A stretch of DNA of 63,939 bases, filler included, from Thraustochytrium aureum (lineage: Eukaryota): the NCBI GenBank assembly GCA_012862495.1. It is 5 parts of 4 records of this genome, joined end to end, with 100 filler letters (N's around TTAATTAATTAA, not from the genome) between each part and the next. Parts side by side here need not be neighbours in the genome. Positions count along the whole stretch, not along the records: positions 25,594 to 47,649 come from BLSG01000246.1; 4 more parts are not named here. One strand, 5' to 3'. Of this stretch, positions 34,056 through 45,722 are shown piece by piece. The stretch's first letter is position 1. Each line of letters starts with the position of its first letter. A model generated the notes under the pieces. It was given only the letters and a program-made list of their open reading frames with translations. It was not told the origin of the DNA and did no database searches. The position numbers were made by a program, and so were the translations under genes.

Positions 34056-34849
34056 TCACTCTGAGGCGGTCTTGGGCTTCTTAGCCTCGCGCTCCTCCTC
34101 CTCGGTTGGGCGCGCAAATCCGTGCGCCTCGAGCAAGTCGGCGCCGGTGACCATCGGGATGCCGTGCTTCTCGGCGTACTTTCGCGCCTCCTCAACGGGG
34201 ACGCCTTGTCGCCGTCTGGCTGCAGCATCTCGGCGCCAATGACGCACGGTGAAACACCGGCGAGGCGCGCGATCGACACGCTCAGCTCCGTGTGGCCCTT
34301 TCGCTTCGCAAGACCGCCCTTGGTCTCGCGGCACACCGGGATGTGGCCTGGCGTGCGGAACTCGCTGCCGAGTTTGGCCATGCTCTGCTCTTGGTCGAGC
34401 TTTTGCTCCTGGATCTCCACAAACAGCTCGGCGAAGCGCTTGGCCGTCAGGCAGCGGTCCGCGTCGGTGATGCCGGTGAACGTCTTGCGGTGGTTGATGC
34501 TCAGGGTGAAGGCCGAGCGCGCATCGTACTGAAGGTCGTTGGTCTGGAGGTGCTTGAGAACGGGGTGCTTCTCGGCGAGCGCCGCGTCGGTGTGCAGGTC
34601 CTGAAGAAAGGGCATGCCAAACTGCTCGCCAACCTCGTCACCGATCGCCAGGAACAGCAGCCCGCCGCAGTCGTTGCGCAGCTGGCGAATGTTGGCCGGC
34701 GTCACCGTCGTGGCCGCCCACAGCAGGTCCGTCTCGCACTCGCGAAACGCGCTGTCAAACACCATCACCGGCTTGCCCTGCTTGAACGCCTCGATGCACT
34801 GCTTGACGCCCTCGGTCATCTTGGGCGCCTCGGCGCCAGCTCCGCTCAT
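34056..34849 (-). CDS. ribB: 3,4-dihydroxy-2-butanone 4-phosphate synthase, archaeal-type; frameshift near 34200
   Basis: [72 protein letters not shown]. Confidence 0.93.
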
Positions 34850-35698
34850 CGTGGCCTGCAATGCTCCCCGAACGCAACACTCGAAACCAAGTCGCGACAC
34901 CGCGGCGCGAAACACCTGCTCTTCGCCGCTGATATCGCTGGGTCTGCTGTGCCGGCCGCGTCTGCTCCGCTTTCGACCACCGCAGGCGTCGGGCGTTGCG
35001 AGTCTGTCTCCGCAGACACCGATCGATCGATCGATTGATTGCTGATCGATTGATTTCATGAGATGAAGCTGCGGATGTGCGTCGCTGGGAATCCGCCAAA
35101 ACCAGAGGCTTGGCCCCGGACTTTCAGTACCCGTCAGGACAATCCTGCACGCCTTCTCGCTCCACCTCTTGAAATTCGGTCCGCGGCATCTGACGCGGGT
35201 GCGCCCGGCCGCTCGGGTCGCAGCTGCAGCGCGTTGCTCTCGAGGNNNNNNNNNNNNNNNNNNNNNNNNNNNNNNNNNNNNNNNNNNNNNNNNNNNNNNN
35301 NNNNNNNNNNNNNNNNNNNNNNNNNNNNNNNNNNNNNNNGGGAAGAGGAGTGCTGCCGTGCGCATGCTGCGGGTTGGTTGCAAGTAATCGGGTTGCAACC
35401 GGCTGAAAGTAAGGTCATGAGCGGGCGGGCGTCATGCCGACCGTCGATGCCCGGACGACCTCAGCACGCGCCTCGCTCACGCCAGCAGATGTCGCCGCTC
35501 GTCGCTTGCCCGTGCTGCCACGATACAGGCAGTGATTGCTGCTTTTGTTGACCAAGATCGAGATCGAAAGATCGAGACCATCAAAGCAACGCAACGCCTT
35601 GTTGCCAACGCCGCGCCGGGGTCAAGTTGGTTTCGCTTTTGGTATTTTTTGTAGACTGTCCAGCCCTCAGACTAGCAGGCAGCACGGCCTTCCGACGG

Positions 35699-36448
35699 TC
35701 ACATAAAGTCGCCATCGAGGTCCTCATAGTCCCCGCGCGCTGGCACGGCGCCCGCCCCACGGGCGTTTGTGCCGTCCATGTCAAACTCGTCGCGCTGGAT
35801 GTTGGCAAACTTCTTGCCGACTTTTTTCTTCTTCTTGTTGAGCTGTGTCTTGACCTTTTCGTTCTTCACCACGCCGAGGATGCTGATGACCTCCGCCAGG
35901 TCCTCGCCCGGAAGCGAGCGCCCCACCGCGCGGCAGAGCTCCTTGACGAACTCCTTGGCCAGGAACGGCTTGTCTTGCAGCTCCACATGACGGCCGACCG
36001 CAGTCGCAAAGCTCTTAAAGTCGTCCTCGTTCACGAGTGGCACCGAGGTGAGCAGAGCTTGGATGGCGTCCGCGTCGAGGCTGCCCTCCTCCTTCTTGGC
36101 GGTGAACAAGTCGTTGGTGATGGCGTGATCGCTCTCCTCGACGAGCTTTTGCAGCCGGAGCTTCTCCGCGATCTTCTCCTCCTTGGTCAGCGGCTTGAGG
36201 TTCTTGGCGGCCTCGGCCTCCTCGGCCAGCTGCTTCTCCAGCTCCTTTTGCTTTTGCTTGGTCAGGGCCTTGGCCTTGGCCTTGGTCGAGTCGCCGACCT
36301 TTTTCGGCTTGGGCTTCTCCGTGGCCTCATTCTCGTCGTCGTCGTCGACAACTTCCTCCTCGTCCGAGAAGGACTCGGCAGCCGGCGGCGGGGGAGCGGC
36401 CGCGGCCACGTTGGCCTCGACCTCCCAGTCATCGTCATCCCACGACAT
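35699..36448 (-). CDS. EIF3J: Eukaryotic translation initiation factor 3 subunit J
   Basis: MSWDDDDWE, FSDEE, EKIAEKLRLQKLVEESD...DLF, Lys-rich region, C-terminal DYEDLDGDFM. Confidence 0.93.
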   Translation of the reverse strand: MSWDDDDWEVEANVAAAAPPPPAAESFSDEEEVVDDDDENEATEKPKPKKVGDSTKAKAKALTKQKQKELEKQLAEEAEAAKNLKPLTKEEKIAEKLRLQKLVEESDHAITNDLFTAKKEEGSLDADAIQALLTSVPLVNEDDFKSFATAVGRHVELQDKPFLAKEFVKELCRAVGRSLPGEDLAEVISILGVVKNEKVKTQLNKKKKKVGKKFANIQRDEFDMDGTNARGAGAVPARGDYEDLDGDFM

Positions 36449-37633
36449 TCTCCGCTTGAAGACCTCACCGAGCGCCGCGACAGAGCCGCCTCGAGCTGGT
36501 CAGCCTCGCCGCACCAAGCCGCGCCGTACACCTGTCGCGCCCTGCCTGCCTGCCTGCCTGCCTGCCGCGCGCGCGACGTGGTTTTGGATGTTGGAGCTCT
36601 GCCGGCGTTTCCCGGCCACTAATCCATCCATCCGTGTTCGACCTGCCTCCTCCCCGAGGGCCGCGATGCTCAAAGCCGCCGGCAGGGGCTGAGCGGAGCG
36701 GCTCTGATGGCTCGGCGCCGGGCCCGACGGCGCGCGCGGCGAGCGAGCGGCGGCCGCGACGGAGGCCGAGGACGCGCCGATCGNNNNNNNNNNNNNNNNN
36801 NNNNNNNNNNNNNNNNNNNNNNNNNNNNNNNNNNNNNNNNNNNNNNNNNNNNNNNNNNNNNNNNNNNNNNNNNNNNNNNNNNNNNNNNNNNNNNNNNNNN
36901 NNNNNNNNNNNNNNNNNNNNNNNNNNNNNNNNNNNNNNNNNNNNNNNNNNNNNNNNNNNNNNNNNNNNNNNNNNNNNNNNNNNNNNNNNNNNNNNNNNNN
37001 NNNNNNNNNNNNNNNNNNNNNNNNNNNNNNNNNNNNNNNNNNNNNNNNNNNNNNNNNNNNNNNNNNNNNNNNNNNNNNNNNNNNNNNNNNNNNNNNNNNN
37101 NNNNNNNNNNNNNNNNNNNNNNNNNNNNNNNNNNNNNNNNNNNNNNNNNNNNNNNNNNNNNNNNNNNNNNNNNNNNNNNNNNNNNNNNNNNNNNNNNNNN
37201 NNNNNNNNNNNNNNNNNNNNNNNNNNNNNNNNNNNNNNNNNNNNNNNNNNNNNNNNNNNNNNNNNNNNNNNNNNNNNNNNNNNNNNNNNNNGCCTGCGCC
37301 CTGCGATGTTGTCGCCCTCACCCGGGGTTGCTGGGCAAGTGCCTGGCGCTCCCACATAGCTCACGCGCGGTGTTCCGAACGCGGCGCTGCAGCCTGCCGG
37401 TGGCCTGCTGGCGGATGCAGTAGGGAGGCGCAACACGGCGAAGCGGGCCATGCAAGTGGCGCGCGGCCGGTCAGCTTGCGCGAAGAGCGGTTCAACGAAA
37501 CGCTGCTCGGGCCTATTGGCCCGTGCCACCAACGAAACACAGCGTGCTCACAAGTCTTGCTGAAGGACGCAGGGCGAGGAGGCAGGGCGCGGCGGCTGAC
37601 GGACATAGCGCAACGCGATATGACTTGCAGATT

Positions 37634-39292
37634 TTATGCGGAGCGGTAGCACGTACGAGCAAGCGCCCGAACGACCCCAAACGCGTCTGCGCTGTCGTCC
37701 GACGCCCCGCGAACCGTGGACGAGTTGTCGGCCCACAAAACGAACGGGCTCGAGGCGATAGAGAGGTCGTCGTCCCCGCTGACTTGCCCAAGCAGGTCGC
37801 GCTCGACGACCGCGAGGTTCTCCTCGGAGACGTGCGCCACGCAAAAGGGAAGAGCCATGCCAGCGGTCTCCACCAAGTGATCCTCCGCTGCTGCAAAAGC
37901 GGCATTGCATGGTCGAGCGTCCGAAGAGCTAGTGAGCACCACGCAGCCCTTGACGTGGCACGGAACGAGCCCCGCGGCAAGCATGTCCTGCGCGATTCGC
38001 AAAAGGTTGGCGTATGGCTCATTGGCCCGAAAGGCCTCCAGCCAGACAACCATGAGCACCTGGTCGTCTAAAAGCCCACCTAGCAACTCGCCGATCTCCC
38101 CCGTCCACTCGCGGAGCGTAGCGTCCCAGGCGCGCGTGGTGCGGAGAGCTGCACACTGTATTGGCGGCAGCCGAGCCCCAGTGACGAGGCTGGAGAGCGA
38201 CCGGATATTGTCGAGCCCGGCGAGCGTCTCTGGAGCAAAACGCCCCAGCAACGCGCGCACGGTTTGGCGCAGCAGACTCGAGTCGCCGTTTTCCACGTAC
38301 AGCTCGATCAAAAGGTCCCTGTGCAAGTCCAGGAGAATGCCGGCGTCCAGCACAAACGCCTTGATCATGTACACCGAGCAGAGGTCTGCGTAGTCCGAGG
38401 TCCATCTGAACCGGTACCGCGCGTCAAAGTGCTCCAAAACGAGCTCGCCGAAGTCTATTTCGCCAAGTTCGACCAGGGCGAGGCCGTGAAAAACGAGCTC
38501 CGGAACTGCGCGCGCGCGCAGCAGAGCAAGTTTTTGGCAGCATGCGGCGCCAGCGAGACACAAGCTCGCTGCGGAGGCTGGCAGCCGCGTGATTTGTGCG
38601 GTCGCCGCCAGGACCTCCTCGAATGCGCCCAAGGAACACAAGTACGCCAGGATCTCCTTCTCGGTCCAATCGAGCCAGTTGGAGCGGCGATGAAGGAGAG
38701 CGCCGTCGAGCCAGGCAAGCGCTACCGCCTCAGAGGGCACCGCAACCAGGCCGCTCAGCTCGCGCGAGCAGTGCATGTCCATCACAAGGCCCTCGTCCCT
38801 AGGACCGCTTTGCTTGACCAGCACGCACCGCCACTTTGCTCTTGACGCCGCTGGCCGCCGCCACCACCGCCCTTGCGACTTGTCGCGCTGCAGGATATCG
38901 TCGGCTCTGGGCCGCAGCTCGACAGCCGGCGACTCCCCGTCCAGGCTGAGCACGAGGTCGCCTTCGCGGACCCCGGCGAGTTCGGCAGGGGACCCTGCTC
39001 TCACCTTGCTCACCCTCAGAAAGCAGTCTCCCGCTGTCGCTGCCTCGGCGCCGCCGTGCGCGATCCCTCCGTGTGCGCGCGAGGCGCTCTCCGCCGCTCG
39101 GCGAGCGCGCGCGAGGAGGGCGGCGGCCTGCCCGTCAGGCATCCCAACCTGGCCACGAGTTGAATCGCCCAGCCCAAAGCCCGCCGACGACGTTGTACGT
39201 AGCGAGCAGGGCCGAACTGCAATCCAGCCGCGGATGGTCGCGTCGAGCGCCATCGCCGCGGCGGTCTCGCGCCCTTGGGGTGCGGTCGCCAT
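37634..39292 (-). CDS. Hypothetical protein with PDZ-like domain, helical middle and possible thioredoxin-like C-terminus
   Basis: Intact 552-aa ORF; LRVSKVRAGSPAELAGVREGDLVLSLDG is a PDZ signature. Confidence 0.7.
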   Translation of the reverse strand: MATAPQGRETAAAMALDATIRGWIAVRPCSLRTTSSAGFGLGDSTRGQVGMPDGQAAALLARARRAAESASRAHGGIAHGGAEAATAGDCFLRVSKVRAGSPAELAGVREGDLVLSLDGESPAVELRPRADDILQRDKSQGRWWRRPAASRAKWRCVLVKQSGPRDEGLVMDMHCSRELSGLVAVPSEAVALAWLDGALLHRRSNWLDWTEKEILAYLCSLGAFEEVLAATAQITRLPASAASLCLAGAACCQKLALLRARAVPELVFHGLALVELGEIDFGELVLEHFDARYRFRWTSDYADLCSVYMIKAFVLDAGILLDLHRDLLIELYVENGDSSLLRQTVRALLGRFAPETLAGLDNIRSLSSLVTGARLPPIQCAALRTTRAWDATLREWTGEIGELLGGLLDDQVLMVVWLEAFRANEPYANLLRIAQDMLAAGLVPCHVKGCVVLTSSSDARPCNAAFAAAEDHLVETAGMALPFCVAHVSEENLAVVERDLLGQVSGDDDLSIASSPFVLWADNSSTVRGASDDSADAFGVVRALARTCYRSA

Positions 39293-39570
39293 GGCGGATC
39301 ACCGAAGGGCTGAGGACTCTGCCCGTCGAAGTAAGTAGGTACTTGTACGTGAGCAATGTTTTTTGCGCGCCGAGCAGCGGCGCCGCCCAGGAGGCATGCA
39401 CGGAGTGCACTTGGGTGCCGTCGAAGGGCTCGCACACACGACGGCCGGTCGCAAGAGAATTGTCCAGCCTGGCCGTGCTCGCCTGTTTCCGGTTCGCCGC
39501 CGCCGTGGTCGCGGGCCGACTTGGTCGCGGTCCACCATGTAGGAGTACACGGCGTTTCGGTTTCATCCGG

Positions 39571-40563
39571 CTATGCCCTTGTTGGCATCGTCGGTGACGG
39601 CGGAAGGTCGAGCTTCCGCGCTGCCCAAGCCAGGCTGCTCATCTTCACGCGCAACGCGGAACCCGGATGAGGGTGGATTTCTACGCGCCTGTGCAAGACT
39701 GCGACCGAGCACAGGTTGCTAATTGTGAGTTCGACGCAACCAAAGATAAGCCACCGAGCACCGCCCGTCGCGCTTGTCTGCATGAATATGCCGCTGATCA
39801 GAAACACCGTCGAGAAGGAAATGGAGATGCTGCATGCCACAATATTGCGCCGTGCCAGTGCCTTGACGCGGTCTCGCAACCGCTCGCTCGCTCCGTCCAG
39901 CCGCAGGTTGATCAGGGGGTTGAGAAAAAGCGCAAAACACAGAATCGAGATAACCAGATCGCCCATAATGGCGAGTATTAGGCCCGCTGGCCGGTGTGAA
40001 AACCCGAGGAGTGCACAGCCGTCGTCGAAACGTTTTATGTTTGGCTGAGTTGAGCTCACGACGAAGACTCCAAAGTATACCACACACAATGCGCGCAGCG
40101 TGCGGTCCATTCTTTTCTGCGCCCTTTCGAGTCGGCGACCGAGAAGGTGCGTGCACTTTGGGAGCAGCACTTCTCGCTGCATGGAATAGATAAACACAGA
40201 GCGGCCATATAGGCTTTGGGTGAAGGCGACCTGGCAAACGCTAAACACAGCCGTCCCCTTTGGCCAGCTGGTCTGCTCGAAGCACAGTATTGCGAAGATC
40301 AGCGCCAACAATTGAGACGTCGACGCGTAAGCAAAGCTCGCTCGTTGAAGCCCTGGTCTTGTCCGCCTCCAAAGCGCTGCATTCGTCAGCGAAAGCGCAA
40401 CGACGCACAGCAGCACCGAGGCGACCCTGACGCCCATCGCTGCAGTTTCCTCATACCCGTCGCACGCCCGCATTGAGGCCGCCAAGTCGTGGATCTCCAT
40501 GTCGCGTTTTGCTGTGTCATCGGTTGCGCCGCGGTCCCCTGTGGAGAGGTCCTGCCCACCCAT
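39571..40563 (-). CDS. 7TM-like membrane protein, paralogue A
   Basis: About 7 hydrophobic segments; motifs CDGYEE, SQL, QTSWP, VFIYSMQREVLLP, CALLGF, ALFLNPL, KALARRN and FGCVEL are shared with B and C. Confidence 0.8.
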   Translation of the reverse strand: MGGQDLSTGDRGATDDTAKRDMEIHDLAASMRACDGYEETAAMGVRVASVLLCVVALSLTNAALWRRTRPGLQRASFAYASTSQLLALIFAILCFEQTSWPKGTAVFSVCQVAFTQSLYGRSVFIYSMQREVLLPKCTHLLGRRLERAQKRMDRTLRALCVVYFGVFVVSSTQPNIKRFDDGCALLGFSHRPAGLILAIMGDLVISILCFALFLNPLINLRLDGASERLRDRVKALARRNIVACSISISFSTVFLISGIFMQTSATGGARWLIFGCVELTISNLCSVAVLHRRVEIHPHPGSALRVKMSSLAWAARKLDLPPSPTMPTRA

Positions 40564-41705
40564 TCTCCCCAGATGCGAGTCCCGTCGGCGAGCGCTCGAC
40601 GGGGCGTTGTGCGGAGCTCGCGACGGGCTGCTGCTCGGCGCGCGTGGCGACTGACTGAGCCACCGTACTGAAGATGTCTGTCCTTCATGCCCGGCAACGT
40701 CTTGTGAGGAGCATGGATTGGATTTACATACTGAGCCAGTGGAGAGGGCGGGCCGTCAAGGCTCGCCAAGGGGTGCATAGCAAACGTTCCTCGCGATCAG
40801 CGTGGCATTCGCTCGGCGATGCCGCTCCAGGTCTGCGGGGAGGACTCCTCCAACTCTGCATGGANNNNNNNNNNNNNNNNNNNNNNNNNNNNNNNNNNNN
40901 NNNNNNNNNNNNNNNNNNNNNNNNNNNNNNNNNNNNNNNNNNNNNNNNNNNNNNNNNNNNNNNNNNNNNNNNNNNNNNNNNNNNNNNNNNNNNNNNNNNN
41001 NNNNNNNNNNNNNNNNNNNNNNNNNNNNNNNNNNNNNNNNNNNNNNNNNNNNNNNNNNNNNNNNNNNNNNNNNNNNNNNNNNNNNNNNNNNNNNNNNNNN
41101 NNNNNNNNNNNNNNNNNNNNNNNNNNNNNNNNNNNNNNNNNNNNNNNNNNNNNNNNNNNNNNNNNNNNNNNNNNNNNNNNNNNNNNNNNNNNNNNNNNNN
41201 NNNNNNNNNNNNNNNNNNNNNNNNNNNNNNNNNNNNNNNNNNNNNNNNNNNNNNNNNNNNNNNNNNNNNNNNNNNNNNNNNNNNNNNNNNNNNNNNNNNN
41301 NNNNNNNNNNNNNNNNNNNNNNNNNNNNNNNNNNNNNNNNNNNNNNNNNNNNNNNNNNNNNNNNNNNNNNNNNNNNNNNNNNNNNNNNNNNNNNNNNNNN
41401 NNNNNNNNNNNNNNNNNNNNNNNNNNNNNNNNNNNNNNNTGCTGTGAGCGCTGGGCGCGTCTTGACGTGGCAACACTTCACGAACCCGCTCCGAGCTCCG
41501 TGCTCGCTTGTCGTCATTTTGTGTTGCAACAGGAGTGCAGTGGCAGCTATCGGCTCATGAGACAGCCTTGGTAGGTGCCAGAGCTGCGAGGAGACAGATG
41601 AGCAAACACGATCGTGCCGAAGATGGCTCCACAGGGCGCGTTTGGGCAGTACCCGCGCGCTCCAGGTATTTTTATTTTAGCCTCACCCGAACCTCATACA
41701 ACACA

Positions 41706-42593
41706 TCAAACCGAGAATTTCTTTGTTGCGGAGCTGATCTTGTTGCTCTTGCGAGGAGAAAGCGCGAGTACGACAGTGATCTGGTTGATAAACATGTCAA
41801 CGCAGCCGATGGTGAGCCAGATTGTACTGCCAACGGCGTCGGTCTGCAGGATAATCGCCGTGATTAGGTTAACGAACGTCGAGGCAACGGCCACGCCGCA
41901 GAGCACCACGTTTTTGTAGGCGAGCGCCTTCGTCTTGGCCCGGAACTCGCGCACTTGCTCGTTTTCGAAAAGCAAGGGCATGTTTAGCAGCGGGTCCAAG
42001 AAAAGGGCCAATGTAACGAGCGAGATCGCCGTGTTGCCACCCACCATCATCACCAGGATCGGAACGGGGTGTTTGAAGGCCACCACATCGCAGTCGTCGT
42101 TTTCGTAGTCTGATGTAGTGGTTATTGCCGACATGGTGGTGGCCCCTACGGCGTAGAAGCAGCAAGAGGCCAGCAGGGCCTTCATCAAAATTGCGTGACG
42201 GTGCGCAAGGCACGGGCCAAGCATGTGCATGTAGCGCGGCTTGAGGATCTCCTTCTGTTTGCTGTAGTAGAACACAAAGTTGCCAACGAGCCCAAGCGCA
42301 TACGCGACCTCTGTGACCTTGAAGTATTTGGTATTTGGCCAGCTGTCTTGCCGGATGCACGGAATCGAAAGCGCAATCGCAACAAGCTGACTTGCTGTTA
42401 GCCCAGCGAGTGCCGCCGCTTGAAGCGGGCTCGCCGGCCTGCGCATGTACCATGTTATTGGCACGATCACAGCATACGCGGCAAGGACGCAAACAATCAC
42501 CAGCTCGGCCACCAATGCCACCTCCTCGTATCTGCCGCACGCGGTAAGGTTGACGTCGCTTGAGACTGGCGCCAGCAGACCGGTATAGTTCAT
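41706..42593 (-). CDS. 7TM-like membrane protein, paralogue B
   Basis: MNYT...NLTACGRYEE, SQL, QDSWP, VFYYSKQKEILKP, CDVVAF, ALFLDPLLN, KALAYKN, IGCVDM. Confidence 0.82.
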   Translation of the reverse strand: MNYTGLLAPVSSDVNLTACGRYEEVALVAELVIVCVLAAYAVIVPITWYMRRPASPLQAAALAGLTASQLVAIALSIPCIRQDSWPNTKYFKVTEVAYALGLVGNFVFYYSKQKEILKPRYMHMLGPCLAHRHAILMKALLASCCFYAVGATTMSAITTTSDYENDDCDVVAFKHPVPILVMMVGGNTAISLVTLALFLDPLLNMPLLFENEQVREFRAKTKALAYKNVVLCGVAVASTFVNLITAIILQTDAVGSTIWLTIGCVDMFINQITVVLALSPRKSNKISSATKKFSV

Positions 42594-43026
42594 CGTCCCT
42601 TGCCCGTCGCTTTGCCGGGCCAGCACAAGCGACTCGGTCTCTCTGCTGCGCGCGTCGCCTGGCTTGATGAGTTGGAGCTCTGGCATACTTCTGGATGGCC
42701 GCATGCAGGAGCGATCCGTTGGAGTTCGGGTTTCTCCCTTCCTTTCAATCAACAGTGACAGTGAACCGCAGCCGCAAGCGCCCCCCAGCAAGAACTCTCG
42801 AGCTAGCTAAAGCTAGCGCCCTACACACTGGGAATAGCTCTGCGCGAGTCGGCCTTTCCCGCGCGGGTTTGGCCTGCGGCATTGGCCCTCCCATTCACAA
42901 GACAATTCAACGAATGCAACGGATTGGAATCTGCTTCTCTGTCGGATTGAACAAGCTACAGCAACGGATCGCGCGGCGCGGTTGTGGCGACGCACCATGG
43001 GCAATAGACTGTATGGGCCCTCTCTA

Positions 43027-45722
43027 CTAGGAGTTGTATAGAGGCGCGAAGTGTGGCCGGACTTTGCATGTCGTTCCCCTGACGATGCATTGGTGAGCCA
43101 TCGTCTCGTCGGATTCAGGGTCGGAAATCTCTCCGCGGTAGTTGCGCATCACAGCTCGGCACTCGCTGACGAATCTGGAATTGGGCGATTTTCCGCCACC
43201 ATGCTCCGCGTTCACGATATCGCAAGGGTTGGCGAGCTTTGTGGTGGGCTCACAGACATGGCTGAGCATCTGTTTTGCCATCACGTTCAGGTCAGACGTT
43301 TGTCGTTTGCCAGTCGTAAGCCAGACGGGTCACAGAGGCAGTCATACATGTCCGAGGGCTCTGGTTGCTCGGTGGATTGAAAGCAGAGGATTTTCGTTGT
43401 CGCGCCGACACTGCGCTTGAAGCTCCGCGCTGCGTTGCAAGCCCGCTTAACTGAGGCCCGACGCCCTCTTCGCCGCTCCACAGGCATTCCGTCTGACAGG
43501 ACGACCAGCACAGCGTTGCGCGACGTCTCAGCGAGCTGTACGGCGTACTCGGGGCCAAAGAGCTTTATGAAGCTGCTGCCGATGTCCTCCGTCTCGCTGC
43601 TCTTGGTGATGCGCGCAATACTTGCTTCAACCGTGGACTCGTCGTAGGCGGCGCTTGAGGCCTGCTCCACGCTGACGACTTTGGTGTAGTACCTGCCAAT
43701 TGTAATCACGCTGACCCGCGAGGCATCCTGCCCGATGTTGAGGTTTCTGAGAAGCGAGGTGGCGACCTGCTTTTCCCTATCGAGCGCCTCGTTGTTAATA
43801 CTGTACGACGTGTCGACTGCGAGAAGAACATGAGCGTCGGAGCACTGACCAAAGGAGGCAGCTGTAGTATTTGGCGCTGCACTTGGCGCTGCACTTGGGC
43901 TGCTTGACGGCGCCGATGACGAAGTATTGANNNNNNNNNNNNNNNNNNNNNNNNNNNNNNNNNNNNNNNNNNNNNNNNNNNNNNNNNNNNNNNNNNNNNN
44001 NNNNNNNNNNNNNNNNNNNNNNNNNNNNNNNNNNNNNNNNNNNNNNNNNNNNNNNNNNNNNNNNNNNNNNNNNNNNNNNNNNNNNNNNNNNNNNNNNNNN
44101 NNNNNNNNNNNNNNNNNNNNNNNNNNNNNNNNNNNNNNNNNNNNNNNNNNNNNNNNNNNNNNNNNNNNNNNNNNNNNNNNNNNNNNNNNNNNNNNNNNNN
44201 NNNNNNNNNNNNNNNNNNNNNNNNNNNNNNNNNNNNNNNNNNNNNNNNNNNNNNNNNNNNNNNNNNNNNNNNNNNNNNNNNNNNNNNNNNNNNNNNNNNN
44301 NNNNNNNNNNNNNNNNNNNNNNNNNNNNNNNNNNNNNNNNNNNNNNNNNNNNNNNNNNNNNNNNNNNNNNNNNNNNNNNNNNNNNNNNNNNNNNNNNNNN
44401 NNNNNNNNNNNNNNNNNNNNNNNNNNNNNNNNNNNNNNNNNNNNNNNNNNNNNNNNNNNNNNNNNNNNNNNNNNNNNNNNNNNNNNNNNNNNNNNNNNNN
44501 NNNNNNNNNNNNNNNNNNNNNNNNNNNNNNNNNNNNNNNNNNNNNNNNNNNNNNNNNNNNNNNNNNNNNNNNNNNNNNNNNNNNNNNNNNNNNNNNNNNN
44601 NNNNNNNNNNNNNNNNNNNNNNNNNNNNNNNNNNNNNNNNNNNNNNNNNNNNNNNNNNNTGGAAGGCGCCGATGACGAAGTATTGATTGGCGCTGCGCTT
44701 GGCGCTGCGCTTGGACTGTTAGACGGCGCCGATGACGAAGTCTTGATTGGCGCTGCACTTGGCGCTGCACTGGGACTGCTGGAAGGCGCCACCGTCGCGC
44801 CGATGACAGGCGAAGTTGTGGGAGCTTCCACGGGGGAGCGCGTCGGGGAAACCATATCAAGGTCACTCCGGACTATAAACATGCCAGGCACGCCCACGTT
44901 CGAGGTACGTTCGAGGGAGCGCACTTGCTTGGTGCCTGCAAAAGGCAGGCGGAAAGCCCAGTCGCGATTCTCTCGTACGAAACCCGCATCGCCAAACCGG
45001 GACAGCGAGCCGCCCTTGATCCATTGAATCGCTCTCTCTGGGTACTTGAAAATGACGAACGAGCTCACGTCACCGCGAACGAGCGCGACCTGGAAAGTGT
45101 TGAGCCCCGAGTACCCAGGATCGATGGGATCGTGGAAGGCGGAAACCTGGTGCCACGTCACGAGCAGAGCGCTTCTGAGTACAAAGGAGGAGAATTCCCC
45201 TGCGTTCGCGAGGCGAATGTCACTTTGCATGACTTTGGCAGCACTGTCCTTGGGCGCGAGCACCTGGTGGAAGATTTTGTTCTGCATTTTGTCGTCCTCG
45301 TAAAAGTAGGTTCGGTCGCGCGTCTCGGTGTACGTGATTGTCGAGTAAGAGTCGGAGTCCGAGCTTGTGTAGCCGTCGTCAGAGTCCGAGCTTGTGTAGT
45401 CGTCGTCAGAGCTGCTCGCGTAGCTGGTGTACTCTTCGTCGTCCGGGCTGCGGGTGTCGACGTCGCCCATGAACACCGCGACGGCCGGCGCAAACGTTTT
45501 GGACTGCTCTGCTATCGTGTCGAACGACACGAGCCCGTTGGTGCTCACGTACGCCTGCGAGTGAGCCTTGCCGAGGAACGTGAACGCAAACTTGACCTTT
45601 GTGAACGCTTCATTCTTGGGCTCTTGCTTTGCACCGGCCTTGAACGTGTACAGCTCCACGCCCTGCACGCCCAGCGCAAGCGTCGTCCACGCCACCGTGC
45701 CCACAACCGCAACAGCACGCAT
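43027..45722 (-). CDS. Secreted NIDO-domain / Ser-Pro-Ala repeat / von Willebrand A protein with Cys-rich tail (gap in repeats; frameshift near 43290)
   Basis: Signal-like MRAVAVVGTVAWTTLALGVQG. NIDO motifs YVSTNGLVSF, AVFMGDVDTR, VTWHQV, NTFQVAL, YPERAIQW, SNVGVPGMFIVR. vWA motifs VLLAVDTSYS and VLVVLSDG. Confidence 0.85.
43870..44790 (-). repeat. 60-bp coding tandem repeat (APSxSPSAAPSAAPINTSSS), partly hidden in gap
   Basis: The same unit is visible on both sides of gap 43931-44659. Confidence 0.85.
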
